Source: Basidiobolus meristosporus CBS 931.73 | Lineage: Eukaryota > Fungi > Basidiobolomycota | Length of the DNA: 64,000 nt | Direction: 5' to 3' | Assembly: GCA_002104905.1 (NCBI GenBank) | Contig: MCFE01000055.1 | Coordinates: 62,001-126,000, forward strand | Shown here: positions 41,441-54,252 of the stretch, piece after piece | Layout: every line of letters starts with the position of its first letter | How positions within the stretch are numbered: the first letter of the stretch is position 1 | Translations under genes and position numbers: made by a program | The notes under the pieces: model-generated | Database searches by the model: none | The model's input: the letters and a program-made list of their open reading frames with translations, nothing else | Told to the model about the DNA's origin: nothing

Positions 41441-41773
41441 TCATGGGATTTCCTTTGGAACGTATTCCAGGCCTATGCTCAGACTTCCTAAGACTCCATG
41501 AGTATCTCGATATCGGAGATTAAATCAACGCGCTGATGAAAAATTCAAGTTTCCTTCAATAAGGAACCCGCGATTCCCGGTTCCTGGATCTTTGGCCCAA
41601 AGGAATTCATACAAAACATCACAATCCCTTTACTCAAGTAAGGGGTGTTCGAGGTGAATGTATGTGATATGAGTATTACCTTCCCATGCGAATATATCGC
41701 TGAGCAACAGCTTCCTATACTGGTGGCATGAAATAATATCACTATAGACCCCGCGCATATATATCCTTGAAAT
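41441..41773 (-). pseudogene. C2-domain-like relic
   Basis: A 111-codon frame with two internal stops (TAA 41630-41632, TGA 41525-41527): HITYIHLEHPLLE*RDCDVLYEFLWAKDPGTGNRGFLIEGNLNF...GSLSIGLEYVP. It parallels the C2 pattern P.W.E.F...L...VWDKD....FLG...L...G.L.L.L.Y.P. Confidence 0.45.
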
Positions 41774-42796
41774 GCGCATTTATATATTAGTAGTTTATCA
41801 GGGCCAAGTGACATTTACGCATATTGTATTCCTTCAACAAGAGATTGTCCTATAGGGGACGAATATCTCGAAATCTTCACATTTGATTGTCATGTATAAA
41901 CTTATAAAATTTTCGATGCCAGGTGAGATATATTATAATCGCTAACAGCATGAGCTATTTACCATTACGTCATTTAGAAACAGATACCTGATCAAGTAAC
42001 TCACCACCATATTATATATTGAAAATTACGTGTCAATTTAGTTATTGCTAGCACATTTGTTTAGATCAAAACAGTGATCAAGCGAATCCCGATTTCTCAA
42101 TCGGTCATCAATCCTTTGCTGATTATTAGGTTCCAAGAGCACTTATAAGTACGAGAAACATGCTAGTAGATATTAAAAGCCAAATTTTAATTGAATACAC
42201 GTATATTTGGTATACATAGCGACCAAGAATTTGAAAGCATGTTTGTAGGTCGAGTTGGAAGAGAACGTTAGTTATTCATTGAACTCAACATAGGGCCTGC
42301 TTTAGAAAAGGATGCTGTATATGATTATCATTGTGCTCAATATTAAGAGCTAACATATGCGTTAAGGGAAGGCAGACCAAGAGACCCTCAGAGATTGAGG
42401 AAAGATGGGTTATTGAGCGTATTAAACAGAATACAGCCAGTAAGCAGAATGTATATCAAATTGCTCTAACACCTGTCTAATGTGAAAATGGCATGGTTCG
42501 GGTGACAGCATATTCCTGGGCATATTGAACGATATAGATAATTGTTTGATCTTTAATCGAAATACAATTTCAACTGAATTCATTCATGAAGATCTGTAAC
42601 ATACATAACTCTCCTGTAATACGTATATTTAGTTGACTAAATCAAAGTGAAAAATAAGATCAAAAAATGGAACCAATCAGGGAGTGTGAAATTTTTCAAC
42701 TGGCTGCATGGGCTCTGTTAAAATCATCCCCATTGCTTTTTGTCGAACTCCTTCTCTCTCGCTCCCTTTGCGGTCGTTTAATAGTAATCATTAATC

Positions 42797-43286
42797 ATGG
42801 TATGTATGCAACCACAGTACTCTGCGATAATCTTATTCTAGACTACCACATCAAATTCAGTTTTACGAATAAGAGGCTCATTGACGGATGGATCAACTCA
42901 TAAGTATGGATATGCTTATACGAGACTGAGCCTTTGTCGCAATATTCAAGTTTTCATCAATCATTTATGCTTGCGGTTTAGTAACAAAATTTAAAATATA
43001 ACAGACTAAGGGTACTCAAAGTTTCGGTAAGCGTCACACCAAATCCCACACTCTTTGCCGTCGTTGCGGTAAGCGTTCCTTCCACAACCAAAAGAAGACT
43101 TGCGCTAGCTGCGGTTACCCAGCTGCTAAGATCAGAAGCTTCAACTGGGGTCAGAAGGCTAAGCGCAGAAAGACTACTGGCACTGGTCGTATGAGATACC
43201 TCAAGGATGTTTCCCGTCGCTTCAAGAACGGTTTCCGTGAAGGTACTCAAGCTCAAAAGCAAGCTCCCAAGACTGCTTCTGCTTAA
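42797..43286 (+). CDS. RPL37: 60S ribosomal protein L37 (eL37)
   Basis: ATG 42797-42799, intron 42800-43004, then [39 protein letters not shown]...[14 protein letters not shown]. Codon usage is strongly biased. Confidence 0.98.
42871..42935 (+). ncRNA. Candidate intronic box C/D snoRNA or structured RNA element in the RPL37 intron
   Basis: Terminal stem AGAGGCTC/GAGCCTTT encloses a C-like box TTGACGG (42881-42887) and a perfect D box CTGA (42926-42929). There is an internal hairpin ATAAGTAT-GGAT-ATGCTTAT. The host intron (205 nt) is much longer than the others in the window. Confidence 0.45.
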
Positions 43287-43627
43287 ACTTGACTGAATTG
43301 ACTGTATGCCACGATTGTCTACTCAATTCCTAATAAAGCCTAACGTTAGTTATACTTGATGTTCCGATAATCAACCATCTAAATATTGAATTGATGACTT
43401 GGTAGACAGCACAATCTGATTTGAAATCATGATGCAATCACTAAGAAGACCATGAAATTATACAGTCACTGTAATTTAATCGATGGTCAATGATTGTTTG
43501 ACAGTCTAGTCTTCTATATTAACCAGTTCAACACCATAGTCGTTTTCTTTAATATCTTGTGAAAATTTGGGTCTTAAAGCGCATATTCTCTTGTAGATTC
43601 TATTACCACTTTTAATAGCTGTACAAA

Positions 43628-45820
43628 ATGATCCCTACAATTGGTTTTGGTTCTGGGTCTACTGTATACAAGCATAATACTAGCCAGGCAGCACCTGATG
43701 AAATATTGGCTGCCCGAGAGCTGAATCTAAACACATCTCCGTATTATTTCCGGCGCAAGATTTACGGAAACGTCAACTTGACAACTAGGTTGAAGTTGCA
43801 TAAGAAGCTTGAAGGTCATGACGGCTGCGTAAACACCGTCGCTTGGAACAGAAAGGGGGATTTGATCCTCTCAGGCTCAGGTAGAGCTTAGATTTCCCAA
43901 TTTTAAAGGGTATTTTGCTCATGTAGAGTTGTACATAGATGACTGTCGCTTGAACATTTGGAATCCGTGGCTCTCTTCCCCATTGATTACCTCCATCCCG
44001 TCAGGTCATCAGCGGAATATCTTTTCTGCTCAGTTCTTAGTCAATTCAAACGACAGAAAGATCGTTTCGTGTGCAATGGATGGAGTAACTCGGCTCACTG
44101 ATTTGGACTTGTATGAAAGAAGACGTGATACGGACTCCTGGGATCCTTCTCCTGCATTCCACTGCCATAGTGACCTGACCTATGAGGTTGCACCTGACCC
44201 TGTTGATCCAAATATATTTTTCGACTGCTCTGATGATGGCAAAGTCAACTCATACGACTTGAGAATTCGCACTAGCTGCAACTGCCAACATGGTTGTGAC
44301 CGTCATACGCTTTTGAATATCAATCCTGAGGATGCAGTCATCTCGTTATGGGGCAGTAATATGAAAGGTGTTTCACCTCTTTCTATTGACCAGTAACATA
44401 CTAATCCGGGCTTTTACATGTCTCTAGAAATTAGAGGGATCAGCATTCGTCCAGATAACCCGGTATATTTTGGAATCGCTTGTTCGGATGACAGTGTTCG
44501 TATTTACGACCGCAGGTTCATCTCTCACATCCAGCGACCACCCTCGCATGTATATGGCTTTATCCCTGATCATTTACGAGAAAAACATGTGAATCGTACC
44601 GCTCGCTCATGGAGGTTGAGCGACGCCAACCGAATCACTTCATTAAGATTTGATCCTTCAGGAACTGGCCAGTTGTTAATAAGCTACAGTAGAGATAAAA
44701 TCTATTTGATAAATCCCTTACTAGGAAGTGCAGACAACATCAATACAAACAAGCGAGAACAAAAAGAATCAACATTCTTGTCAAGCCCAAGGAAGAAGAA
44801 CAAAGATGATGGCCAGTTTGATTCTTCAGAAGTAGGAGGGAGCAAGGGCGTTGGCTCAGGTAGGGATATTATTCCTGAATTTAGAGACTGCTTTCTAATG
44901 TAGATATATGGTCCTTGATATCTCAGGTGTAGGTACCCCAATGGAGGTTTCTTCTGGTGCTGGATCAGATATCGAAGTTGGAATTGATCAACACATATTT
45001 CCTGAAAAAGATTTGGCCAAGCCCGATGAAGCTCTGCCGGGATATTCCGAGATTTCTGAACCAGGCACATCTATTGTTAGTCTTGTTTGAATTTTATTTT
45101 CTGAAATTCCCTCTAATGTAACCATGTGTAGTCGGCTGATCATCAAGAGGCCGTCACTCAGGAATACAACGATGGATGTCTAGACCTGGATGAAGACGAG
45201 AGTGACGACAGTGTTTCTGGGGACACTGCTGGCGATTTGGAGACAGTTCTTGGGGGACAGAAAGATATTGTTCAAACTTACGATGGACATCGCAATTGGG
45301 AAACTATGGTAAGTAGAATTTGGAGTACAGTTGTAGCTAGGTGTGTCATTAATTACATGCTTTGTTTTTATAAGATTAAAGAAGTCAACTTCTATGGGCC
45401 AAACTCTGAATATATAGTGTCCGGCTCTGATGATGGAAGGATATTCATCTGGGAGAAAAACGGTGGAGAAATCAAGCATTTATTGAAAGGAGACTCAGTA
45501 AGCATTACATTCGCTTTGTTGCTCTCATAATCTAACCAACACATTGGCAGCGAGTGGTGAATTGTGTTCAGCCTCACCCGCATGACCCTATTCTGATGAG
45601 CTCTGGGATCGATAATGACATCAAACTATGGCATCCAGACGGATCCTCTAGACATGACCAAGCGTACATAAGAAACATTGTTCAACAGAACAAAGAGATC
45701 TCTGAGAGAGATCATGAAGAGGATGATTCAAGAATGATTGTACTGCCTTCTGGGATGATTCTGCACATGATTGCTGCGTTTAGCGAGCGCGGCGGAAGGG
45801 ATTTATTTAACTTCGATTAG
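43628..45820 (+). CDS. DCAF8/DCAF6-like WD40 protein (CRL4 substrate receptor family)
   Basis: Motifs LEGHDGCVNTVAWN.KG.LILSGSDD, GHQRNIFSAQF, GHRNWETM|IKEVNF.GPNSEYIVSGSDDGRIFIW and VVNCVQPHP.DPILMSSGIDNDIKLW, with an acidic insert. Confidence 0.88.
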
Positions 45821-46344
45821 TGTGCTCCATATCAGATATCTACAAGATTCCCCGTTGAAAGTTTACCAGAGGATTACATCTTCTGACTCTACAGCATAGA
45901 TTTGTCTCGAAATATATACATCGACTAGCTAGTTGCGTAGAAGTCTATTCATCAAAGATTACCGCTTGTTTTTTGGATAACACCATTGGTCATCACGGAG
46001 TTGTTCCGATACCAACTCCTGACATTATTTTACCTTTTTTCCATCTTCCAATTGGACAGGCGGAGGCACTATTTCACGAAAGCTTTGTGTTAAAGCCTTG
46101 TCTCGTTGATTAAATTATGTTGATATCACTACATTGCAGTCTTTCAAGGAGAGCTCTCGCTATTTATTGGATACACAACGGTGTTATTTCAGTAAGCCGA
46201 AGTGCTGAATAGGAGCCTTTTGAATTTTTGAGACAGCAGGAGGAAGCTTCCTTTGCTTAAATACTACTAGTGCCAATTTTATCCAGATCAATATTTGGAT
46301 TTTGACACACGATGATTGTGCTGTGTATGGTACAGCAGAATTTA

Positions 46345-46620
46345 TACTGCGAGAACATGAGTTGGATAAATAGTAGAGTAAATTGGTTCGTAGTCATTGG
46401 TGTACTATTGCTGTTTGTCATGAATACTTGGATGTAGATCCATTCTCTAACAATTTGGCTTGACAATACTCCGTATTGGTAAGATAAACAATATTCTCTA
46501 TCCTGGTATCACATCCCACTATTCCTGCCAGATAACATTACACAGGGCTCGGAAACCGAATGCTGTATCAGTCAAGGTGGAGTTCATATTAATGAAGCGA
46601 TTATTCAACCATAACACTTT
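46345..46620 (+). pseudogene. Possible 7TM/GPCR-like membrane protein relic
   Basis: A single frame reads CENMSWINSRVNWFVVIGVLLLFVMNTWM*IHSLTIWLDNTPYW*DKQYSLSWYHIPLFL, with two stops. The TM-like segments recall TM5-TM6 of fungal 7TM receptors. Weak evidence. Confidence 0.25.
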
Positions 46621-47117
46621 AAGAACAAAATATCTTGAAAGAGTCTTGGAACAAATCTGAAGGCTGGAAAGCAGAGAGAGGCCTCCCGTGTACTCCATCG
46701 CTGATTCTAATGTCTACTTTTCTTTGCAAACAAAATTATATTCTTGATTGATGATTATCATGTTTTGTCAAAGTAACCTCTATTCATCAAGTTAAATGGG
46801 GTGTATTAGTTCAATATCAAAATCCATAGAATTCTATCCAAGAATTGGTAGTAAGTTCTGTGCTGAAGAAATGCGAACTGGGGTTGGACAAGATTCATAA
46901 TAACCTTTACATGTCAAAATAAAAATATGATATTGATCGAAGTCTATTATTGTGACAAACATTGTAAGATCTGATAGTTTGAGGATGACCTAGTTTAACG
47001 CATGGATATGACGGTGGGGTGGGCCAATTTCATTGGACAATTCTGGGAGTTATGTTAAAATATATTTTGGTGAAAATCAAATTCAATAGAATAACTTCTG
47101 CAGAAGACAAATTGAGT

Positions 47118-48478
47118 ATGGAAGTTAATAGAGACGAGGCATTGAGGTGTCTGGAGATTGCCAAAAAACACTTCACAGGCAACAACCGTGCTAGCGCGTT
47201 GAAGTTTGCCAAGAAATCTATAGCACTGTATCCTACGTCTGAAGCGGAGAAGTTTCTATTAAAGGTAGAAGAATCTCCTGATGAACCTTCTGATCCCCCA
47301 CCTGCTTACGAAGCCTCTACCACTCCCGAAGCCTCCACCACATCATCCAAGCCCAAAATTACTGAACACAATCCTGGCCGGCAAAATAAGTCATATACAA
47401 AAGAGCAAGTAGAGGCAGTCAAGAAAATCAAAACTTGCAACCCTAATGATTTTTACGCAATCTTGGGAGTCGAAAAATCTGCCAGTGAAGTACAGATAAA
47501 GAAAGCCTATAGAAAAGTAAATTATTACTTTCGGCACAAACTGGAACCAGCCATGGGTTAACATCTCCATTTATTCCTGCACTATAATAGCTAGCACTGC
47601 AATTTCATCCTGACAAAAACTCCGCCCCTGGGGCTGACGAGGCCTTTAAACGTAAGTTTATGCATACATCTTCCTAAATCATTCAGTATTTTTAATTGTG
47701 TTCTCCTTGGCAGTTATTAGTAAAGCTTTCTCCATTCTAAGTGATAGCGACAAGAAAGAGCAATTCGATCGATTTGGCTCCGACCCAGACTCCCGAAGCT
47801 CTGGTATGAACGGGTTTTCTGGAAACGCACGCGGCTTTCAGTTCGAAGATGAAATCAATCCTGAACAATTGTTTAATATGTTCTTTGGTGATTTTGGTGG
47901 TAAGTGGCTTTGTGGCTCGTCGAGATTTTGAAGATAATGCTGAAGGTTACAAAACCATAGGATTCCAGGCCGCCACCTTTGCAGGCCCTAATGGGGTTCG
48001 CTATCGTCGGTACTATCAGGCAGGCCAAGGAGCTCGTCGCGGTCCAGCTGAATCGGATACATTTACATGTCTCAAGTTGCTGCCGTTCATCCTTCTTTTC
48101 TTGTTCTCAATCTTTTCATCATTATTCAGTGGTATAAGCTCAAATCCGAGTTATTCTTTTGAATCGACGGGGCAGCTGAACCATCGTCGTGAGACCCCTA
48201 GGCGCCATGTTGAATACTTTGTTGATCATCAGGAGTTCAACGACTATTTTTCAAACACTGCGTCTAAATCCAAGTTGAAGCAGTATGAAGATAACGTGGA
48301 GAGCCAATATTATCGATACTTAGTGCAGCTTTGTAATCGTGAGGAGCAGCTAAAACACCATGCTATAGTGCGGGCTCAAGGATGGAACCCCTTTACGACT
48401 GATAAAGAAAAACTTAAAAAAGCCCAAGAAATGCGGTTGCCTCATTGTGAAAAAGCTCAAGCCTTCCTAGTATGGTGA
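47118..48478 (+). CDS. HLJ1: ER membrane J-protein DNAJB12/14-Hlj1 type (J domain, TM, DUF1977-like luminal domain)
   Basis: MEVNRDEALRCLEIAK N-terminus and J domain DFYAILGV...IKKAYRK|LALQFHPDKNSAPGADEAFK. Then FEDEINPEQLFNMFFG, a TM (LLPFILLFLFSIFSSLF) and a C-terminal VEYFVD...C...C region. Confidence 0.92.
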
Positions 48479-48872
48479 AGGTGAAGGTTATCACTTTTTC
48501 CAAAGCTGTCTCAAGTATATGTAGAGAACTATGTGATGCTCGATGTTTTGTTTCGCATGTGTCCCTACTCCTTATATTCGTCAAGTTCACTTCTCGGCGC
48601 TCTCAATCTCCTTCGTTCGAACTCTGTAATCAGCCACATCCTTCGACATTCACATTTTACTCGTACTTATATTCTCCTCCGACCTAGTACACTGTTACAT
48701 CAAACGATAAATAAAAGTCATTCTTCGTAGCATGGGATTTATATATTTGATCTTTCAGATCACCAAATTAGCGCATTGACAGTCAACTCGGAATTTTTTT
48801 ACCAGCCTGTTATAAATCGAAACAAGTTGGATATGCTGCTGAAGAAAATTGAACCAAGTGGACGGGCCAACG

Positions 48873-50507
48873 ATGAGCTTCGCATTTCTAGATTCCAAAG
48901 AATACTTGCCTAGTCGACAAACTACTGCGCATATATATCTCGATGAATTGGCAAAACTCATCAATGAATATCGCTGGTTTCTTCAGCTTCACGTTGTCGA
49001 CTTTTTTACCCAAAATCACTGGGAAGACTCCAGAATTCCTAATTCTTGGAAACATTTGGAGGAATTCATCTCGGAGGACTATAGTGAACTTATCGATTTA
49101 GCGGCTAAAAACCAAGTACAAGTAGGTTACAGTTTCATCCAACTTTAGCAGATACAAGCGCAAAATGCTTACGCATCTCTGGTTGAAGGAAAATTGGCCG
49201 ACCGAGATAAGCGAGCTCCTAAATACGATTGACGCCTTGAAACTGAATCGTCAACCCACAAAAGATTTAAACTTCCTGAGAAGCGAATTTAGAGGTAGTT
49301 TTTGGATAGCACCACCATATTACAAGATAGAGCGGTGTTTTGACGTACTGTTTGATGATATCCGTAGATGGCACTTGGTTCAATGGGATGACTCCGAAGA
49401 AAAAGCACGAGGTCCCACAAAAAACTATATCTGGTTTTTACACGAAACTAAACTTCTCGGAATTTTAGGTCCCTTTGCTTACAGGATTTGTAGAAACCAT
49501 TGCAAAACAACACTCGATAAACAAGGTAGTCGATGTTGGAGCAGGCCAAGGGTATTTGTCTTGCATGTTAGCGTGCGAGTGTAATTTTGATGTGATTGCT
49601 GTTGACAATGATGAGATCCAGACATGTGGTGCAAAGAAGAGAGTCAACGACATCACGAAACGAATCGACTTTGCGCACAAAAAAGGAGAGGCAACCTCAA
49701 ATGAAATAGGAAAATTCACAGTAGTCAACGAACATGTCAGCATCGAATCATTCAACAGCGTTGTTCACCAGTTTGTAGAAGAGAATGCACCATGGCTAAT
49801 GTGCTCCCTGCATGCTTGCGGTGATCTGTCTGCCACCATGGCCCACATGTTCGTACAATCGGATTCTCGTCTCCTGATTAACATCGGATGTTGCTACAAT
49901 CTTCTGAGCGAGAAATCAGTCAAGCATTCAGATTTTGTGGGCTTTCCACTGAGTAGCAAAATGAAATCAGACAACTATTTTCTAGGGAGAACTCTCCGGA
50001 TGTTAGCTTGCCAAGCCCCACAAAGGTGGTCAAACCAGGAGAATAACGTGGAGTTTTTCAAGCACAATTTCTATAGAGCACTTCTTCAGGTACTTTTACG
50101 CAATATTGCTACTCTAGTTCGTAGTTTAATATCTCTGTTTCTAGTTGATAATGGTCAAAGAAGGATTAGTTAAAGCAACCGACCCACCACCCAAGATTGG
50201 CAAATTACGGAAACATTGCTTTGTTGATTTTGAGGTATATTGCCAGTCGGCTTTAACCAGATTAAACTACCCGTCCGATATCGTATCCGGTGAAACAATA
50301 CTTAAATACTACCAAGAGTACCGACCATTCCATAAACGACTAGCTATTTTCTGGACTATCCGAAGTCTGTTGGCGCCTCTACTCGAAGCACTGGTCCTCA
50401 TGGATCGTGTTTGCTATCTCCTTGAGAATAATTGCGAGGTCGACTTGCTTCCTATATTTGATCCAGTAGAAAGTCCTAGAAATATGGTTGTTCTAGCTCG
50501 CAAATAA
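48873..50507 (+). CDS. METTL25: METTL25/RRNAD1-like class I methyltransferase
   Basis: Motifs HVVDFFT, MTPKKKHE|V, VVDVGAGQGYLS (SAM motif I), SLHACGDLS, IGCCYNLL, RMLACQA, FYRALLQ and LFDP..SPRN are present. Confidence 0.88.
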
Positions 50508-53269
50508 TGGTCATAACCCTTTTTAATGGTAAAATAGACTAATTTTAGAGCTTCTTTATTCAAGCTGGTAGTGCTTATATAATTCTTCACATTTGTGCTG
50601 CCTACCTTGTATAAAATCGAATCAATTGTCCATTCAAATACAATGATAAATTCTAGTATAATATATAAAACTGTTCGCACTTCAAACCAAGCACCACGAG
50701 TCCTTGTATCCTGTAGAGTGTTTGAATTTAGTCTACTTGCGCATTAACACAACCGACCTAAGGGATAAGGTCTGTTGCTCTTGGAAGTTAATCCATTAAA
50801 TATGCTAATTTTGAAACCCGAACTCGTGTAGAACTTTATGAGAAACAAACAAGCATATCCACCTAGAGCTTAGTCTAGGTAAGTGATATGTGTCGACTAT
50901 TTGATACTTGGCGATAATGTTACAGCGACTTTTCATCAGACACTCAAATATGGAACACAATGCCTATTCTCAATCCCACAGAGGAGGAAGATCTTGACGT
51001 ACCTAGACATTTGTCTACTATAGGCTTACATAACAGCACTCAAATGTTGTTCTATTAACCGATTTTTCATTGCAAATTCTCAACGAATTGCTTCTATCTT
51101 TTAGGTACCAGTTTATGAATGGCAGAAGCTGTTATCCAGCTTTTGGCTCTGGTGACATTATTTTCAAAAGGGATTGGTAAACATATTTCAAATACATCAC
51201 CACAAGTGAGAAGAATAACAAGTAATATACCTGGTGACGACATATTTTCATATCTTCATTAATCTTCTTGAGGACCAATTCATCACATGAGTTGCTGGCC
51301 TTTCACGGTCCACGTGGTTTAGACATTGTATGATCATTTGGGGGCTCTACACCATTTAGCAAGTACTATATAAGATATGTTTACTCATGGATTTCAACAC
51401 CTAATTTGAAGTTATAAAAAGTCACGAAAATATATTAGCATTGTGAGATTAGGGAAGGCGTTTTCTGGAATCCAGTCGGAGAACATTGTAAATGATGAAA
51501 AAAGTTCAAAATTCACCAGTGTGTCATACTCACAAAATGATCCATAAAAGAGTAACAATACGACTCAAGTATTTGGAGTAAAGAAATGCGATCTTCAAAC
51601 AAAGATTTCGAGTGCCACAAAGTAGTGAGGAAAAGATAAATCTTTATGGAATTTGTCTGAAATTATGGATGTTTTACTGGCCAAGTATTGTGGAATGCCC
51701 AAAAAAATATCATTATGAATTAGTATCAGGCCTCCAAACGTATTACTGATCTTATGAGCGGTGATTATTCAAAGCTGATATCAATTGCTAATGGAGCCGT
51801 TGAACTACTCTCAACCTAAAACTGACCAAAATCATAATTATGGCCTTTGAAAAACCTACCCTGTATAACTATCATTGTGGCATGGAGATACGAATCCGAG
51901 TTAAGTTTCTAGACATATGTATACCAGATCGACCGGTTTTGACAGAATGTAATCAAGCACCCGAGTATATCAGTGTGTACCTATGTTTCTTCTGTTTGTT
52001 GGATTGCTTTTAAGCATTTCACCCACGAGATTAGGGGGTCTCTAAGTATAATTCCCAGCAACTGCACCCGTTTTAACATTACTTGTGAATATGAGTGTTA
52101 GTAGTAGAGCAAACATGTGGAAGCGAGTTAACATCTAACAACTCGTGATACTATCATGAAAAATAGACATTATGATCTGATGCACAATCTTGAAATGTGT
52201 AGCCAATTCATCTCCTTGTACACAAAGCTGAGGTTTTTAATGGCCATTTGTAGATATTTCGAAAAAAAGACCTTTGACTGTTTGTACCTCAATACCTTTT
52301 GTTGAAATTTGGCGGAGGGATTTCTTTGTAATTAAAATGTTCGAATCTCTATCTGTAGATAGTTTATACCAATGAGTTTGCATCTGTCTATCAACCAGTA
52401 TCTAGCCTCATTGTCATCCTAATTACTTTGAAACATGATTGATTTAAGTTCCGTGTTTTGTCAATGCTTTCAGTCTGGTAACTAAAATTCCACATGACTG
52501 TCATGATACGAGATATGCAACACCATTTTACTTTGTTGTATTCTAATCAGTGTATGTGTCCTATTCCATAGCACCACATAACTCCAACAAATTATATAGA
52601 CATTATTAGTTCGTTGCTGAATCACAAATATCCTTTTGGTCGTTTCGTAGTTTCCGAAAATAAATGCACTTATATATTACCTCCACAGCTTAACGTACAT
52701 AATGATGTGAATTAAAGCAAGACTTCACCAATCAGAACATAGATGAGGTGCACTAGTAAGAAGGTAACGAGGCTGTCGCCAACTGTCTTTTAAGATACTC
52801 AAATGCATTATCCAGCTTTAGGTTATATTCGTTGAAAGCTTACCTCAATTAGGGATAAGCTTCTTAATTCAACCATCAAAGTTGCAAATATATAGCTAAA
52901 CTGGATGAATTCCGTTTGTTTTTTACGTGCATATAAGCAGGGTTTCATGCATTCCTTTATTAAAATACACATTTCTCCTTCCTTGATGAAATCTATTTTC
53001 GTAAAACTTTTTTACACCTTTCCTTCCTGTCCTCATTCGACTAGAGGATAATCTACTGTGACTTGACATCAGTTATCCAAGATTTCTAGATTACTATATA
53101 TTTCTTCTTTGAGACTGTTTCTTTAGAACTCTCGTGAAATTCAGTGATATCTTTATTCCTCCATAACCCATCATAGGTGTAAGTAATTTTAGACTACATT
53201 CATAGTCGAGATAGGATCCACTTTATCATTTTTTTCGCTCACACACCAACCGCGTTCAACTCTCCAACT

Positions 53270-54252
53270 ATGAAATTTCACCTACAGTCGCTGTTAGCCG
53301 CAACTCTGGTGTCAATCACTGAGATTCCAACAATATTAGCAGCAAATCCTACAGTGCGGTTTTCTGAATGTGCATCTAGCTACCTTTACAAAGGAGTAGA
53401 ATACCAGGGATGCACAGAGGCAGACAATCAAGGAAAGCCATGGTGTTTTTTAAGTCGACCTACTATGCAAGACAATTGGGGATACTGTCAGACAGATACA
53501 ATTCCACTTCGAATTGGAAGTTTCAATAGACATCAAGTTGATTGTGACGCTACCTCCGATGTTGGAAACGGCACCCTAGTTCACGGCTGTTTCTCTACAT
53601 TCTCTGGAGATGATAGGGCTTTTTCTTGTTATTCGTCTAAGGTCAATGCCTTAGTAGCATGCACTAGCAACAAACTAGGTAACGTGTTGGTTGACGAAGC
53701 ATAAATATGGGAGAATATGTTGATATTAATTATTATTTGGTATATTTAGATCCATCATTGCCTAAAAAACCACTTTCTGCTAATCCTTCGGATTCATCCG
53801 TCTCTAGTGAAATGTCAAGAGAAAAAGCCAATGCTAGAGAGAATTCTACTAATAGGATCTCGGCAGGGGTGATTGGAGGAGTAGTTGTTGTAGTTGTTGT
53901 AGGGGTTGCTGGCCTCGCCATGTTGATGTATCGTCGAAATCAGTTGAAAAGGAAAGCAATCATGCAACTTTCCCGTAGTCATGGGATCGGCTTAGAACTC
54001 AACATGTTGGAAGAAACTAAATTACCACTGCCTCATATACAGAAAACCTACACTGTAGTTAGCACCTATACGCCGACACTTGGTGATGAACTGGAAATAT
54101 ATCCAGGAGACAAAGTCACTGTGATAGTCGAGTACGATGATGGCTGGATACAAGGAATTAATGAGACTCGTGGGCGTGTGAAAGGAGTGCTCCCGAAGCA
54201 TTGTGTGGATATGATTTCCAGGAGCACTTCCCCAGATCCGGCAAATCCTTAG
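53270..54252 (+). CDS. Single-pass surface protein: signal peptide, fibronectin type II-like domain(s), S-rich stalk, TM, cytoplasmic SH3
   Basis: Exons 53270-53678 and 53750-54252 join in phase. FN2-like CASSYLYKGVEYQGCTEADNQGKPWCFLSRPTMQDNWGYC, TM VIGGVVVVVVVGVAGLAMLMY followed by RRNQLKRK, and SH3 YTVVSTYTPTLGDELEIYPGDKVTVIVEYDDGWIQG...GVLPKHCV. Confidence 0.88.

Noticed and set aside
42978-43262. 94-aa antisense ORF over RPL37, and similar antisense ORFs over ERG3, IVD, PRO1, the GATA genes and RTC5
   Set aside because: These are shadow ORFs produced by codon bias on the coding strand; no independent motifs.
47305-47345. Short direct repeat in DNAJ (EASTTP-EASTTS)
   Set aside because: An ordinary low-complexity linker duplication.
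50700-53200. 2.5-kb AT-rich gene-free stretch as a transposon or centromere-like region
   Set aside because: I found no terminal repeats, target-site duplications, tandem repeats or transposase/RT motifs.
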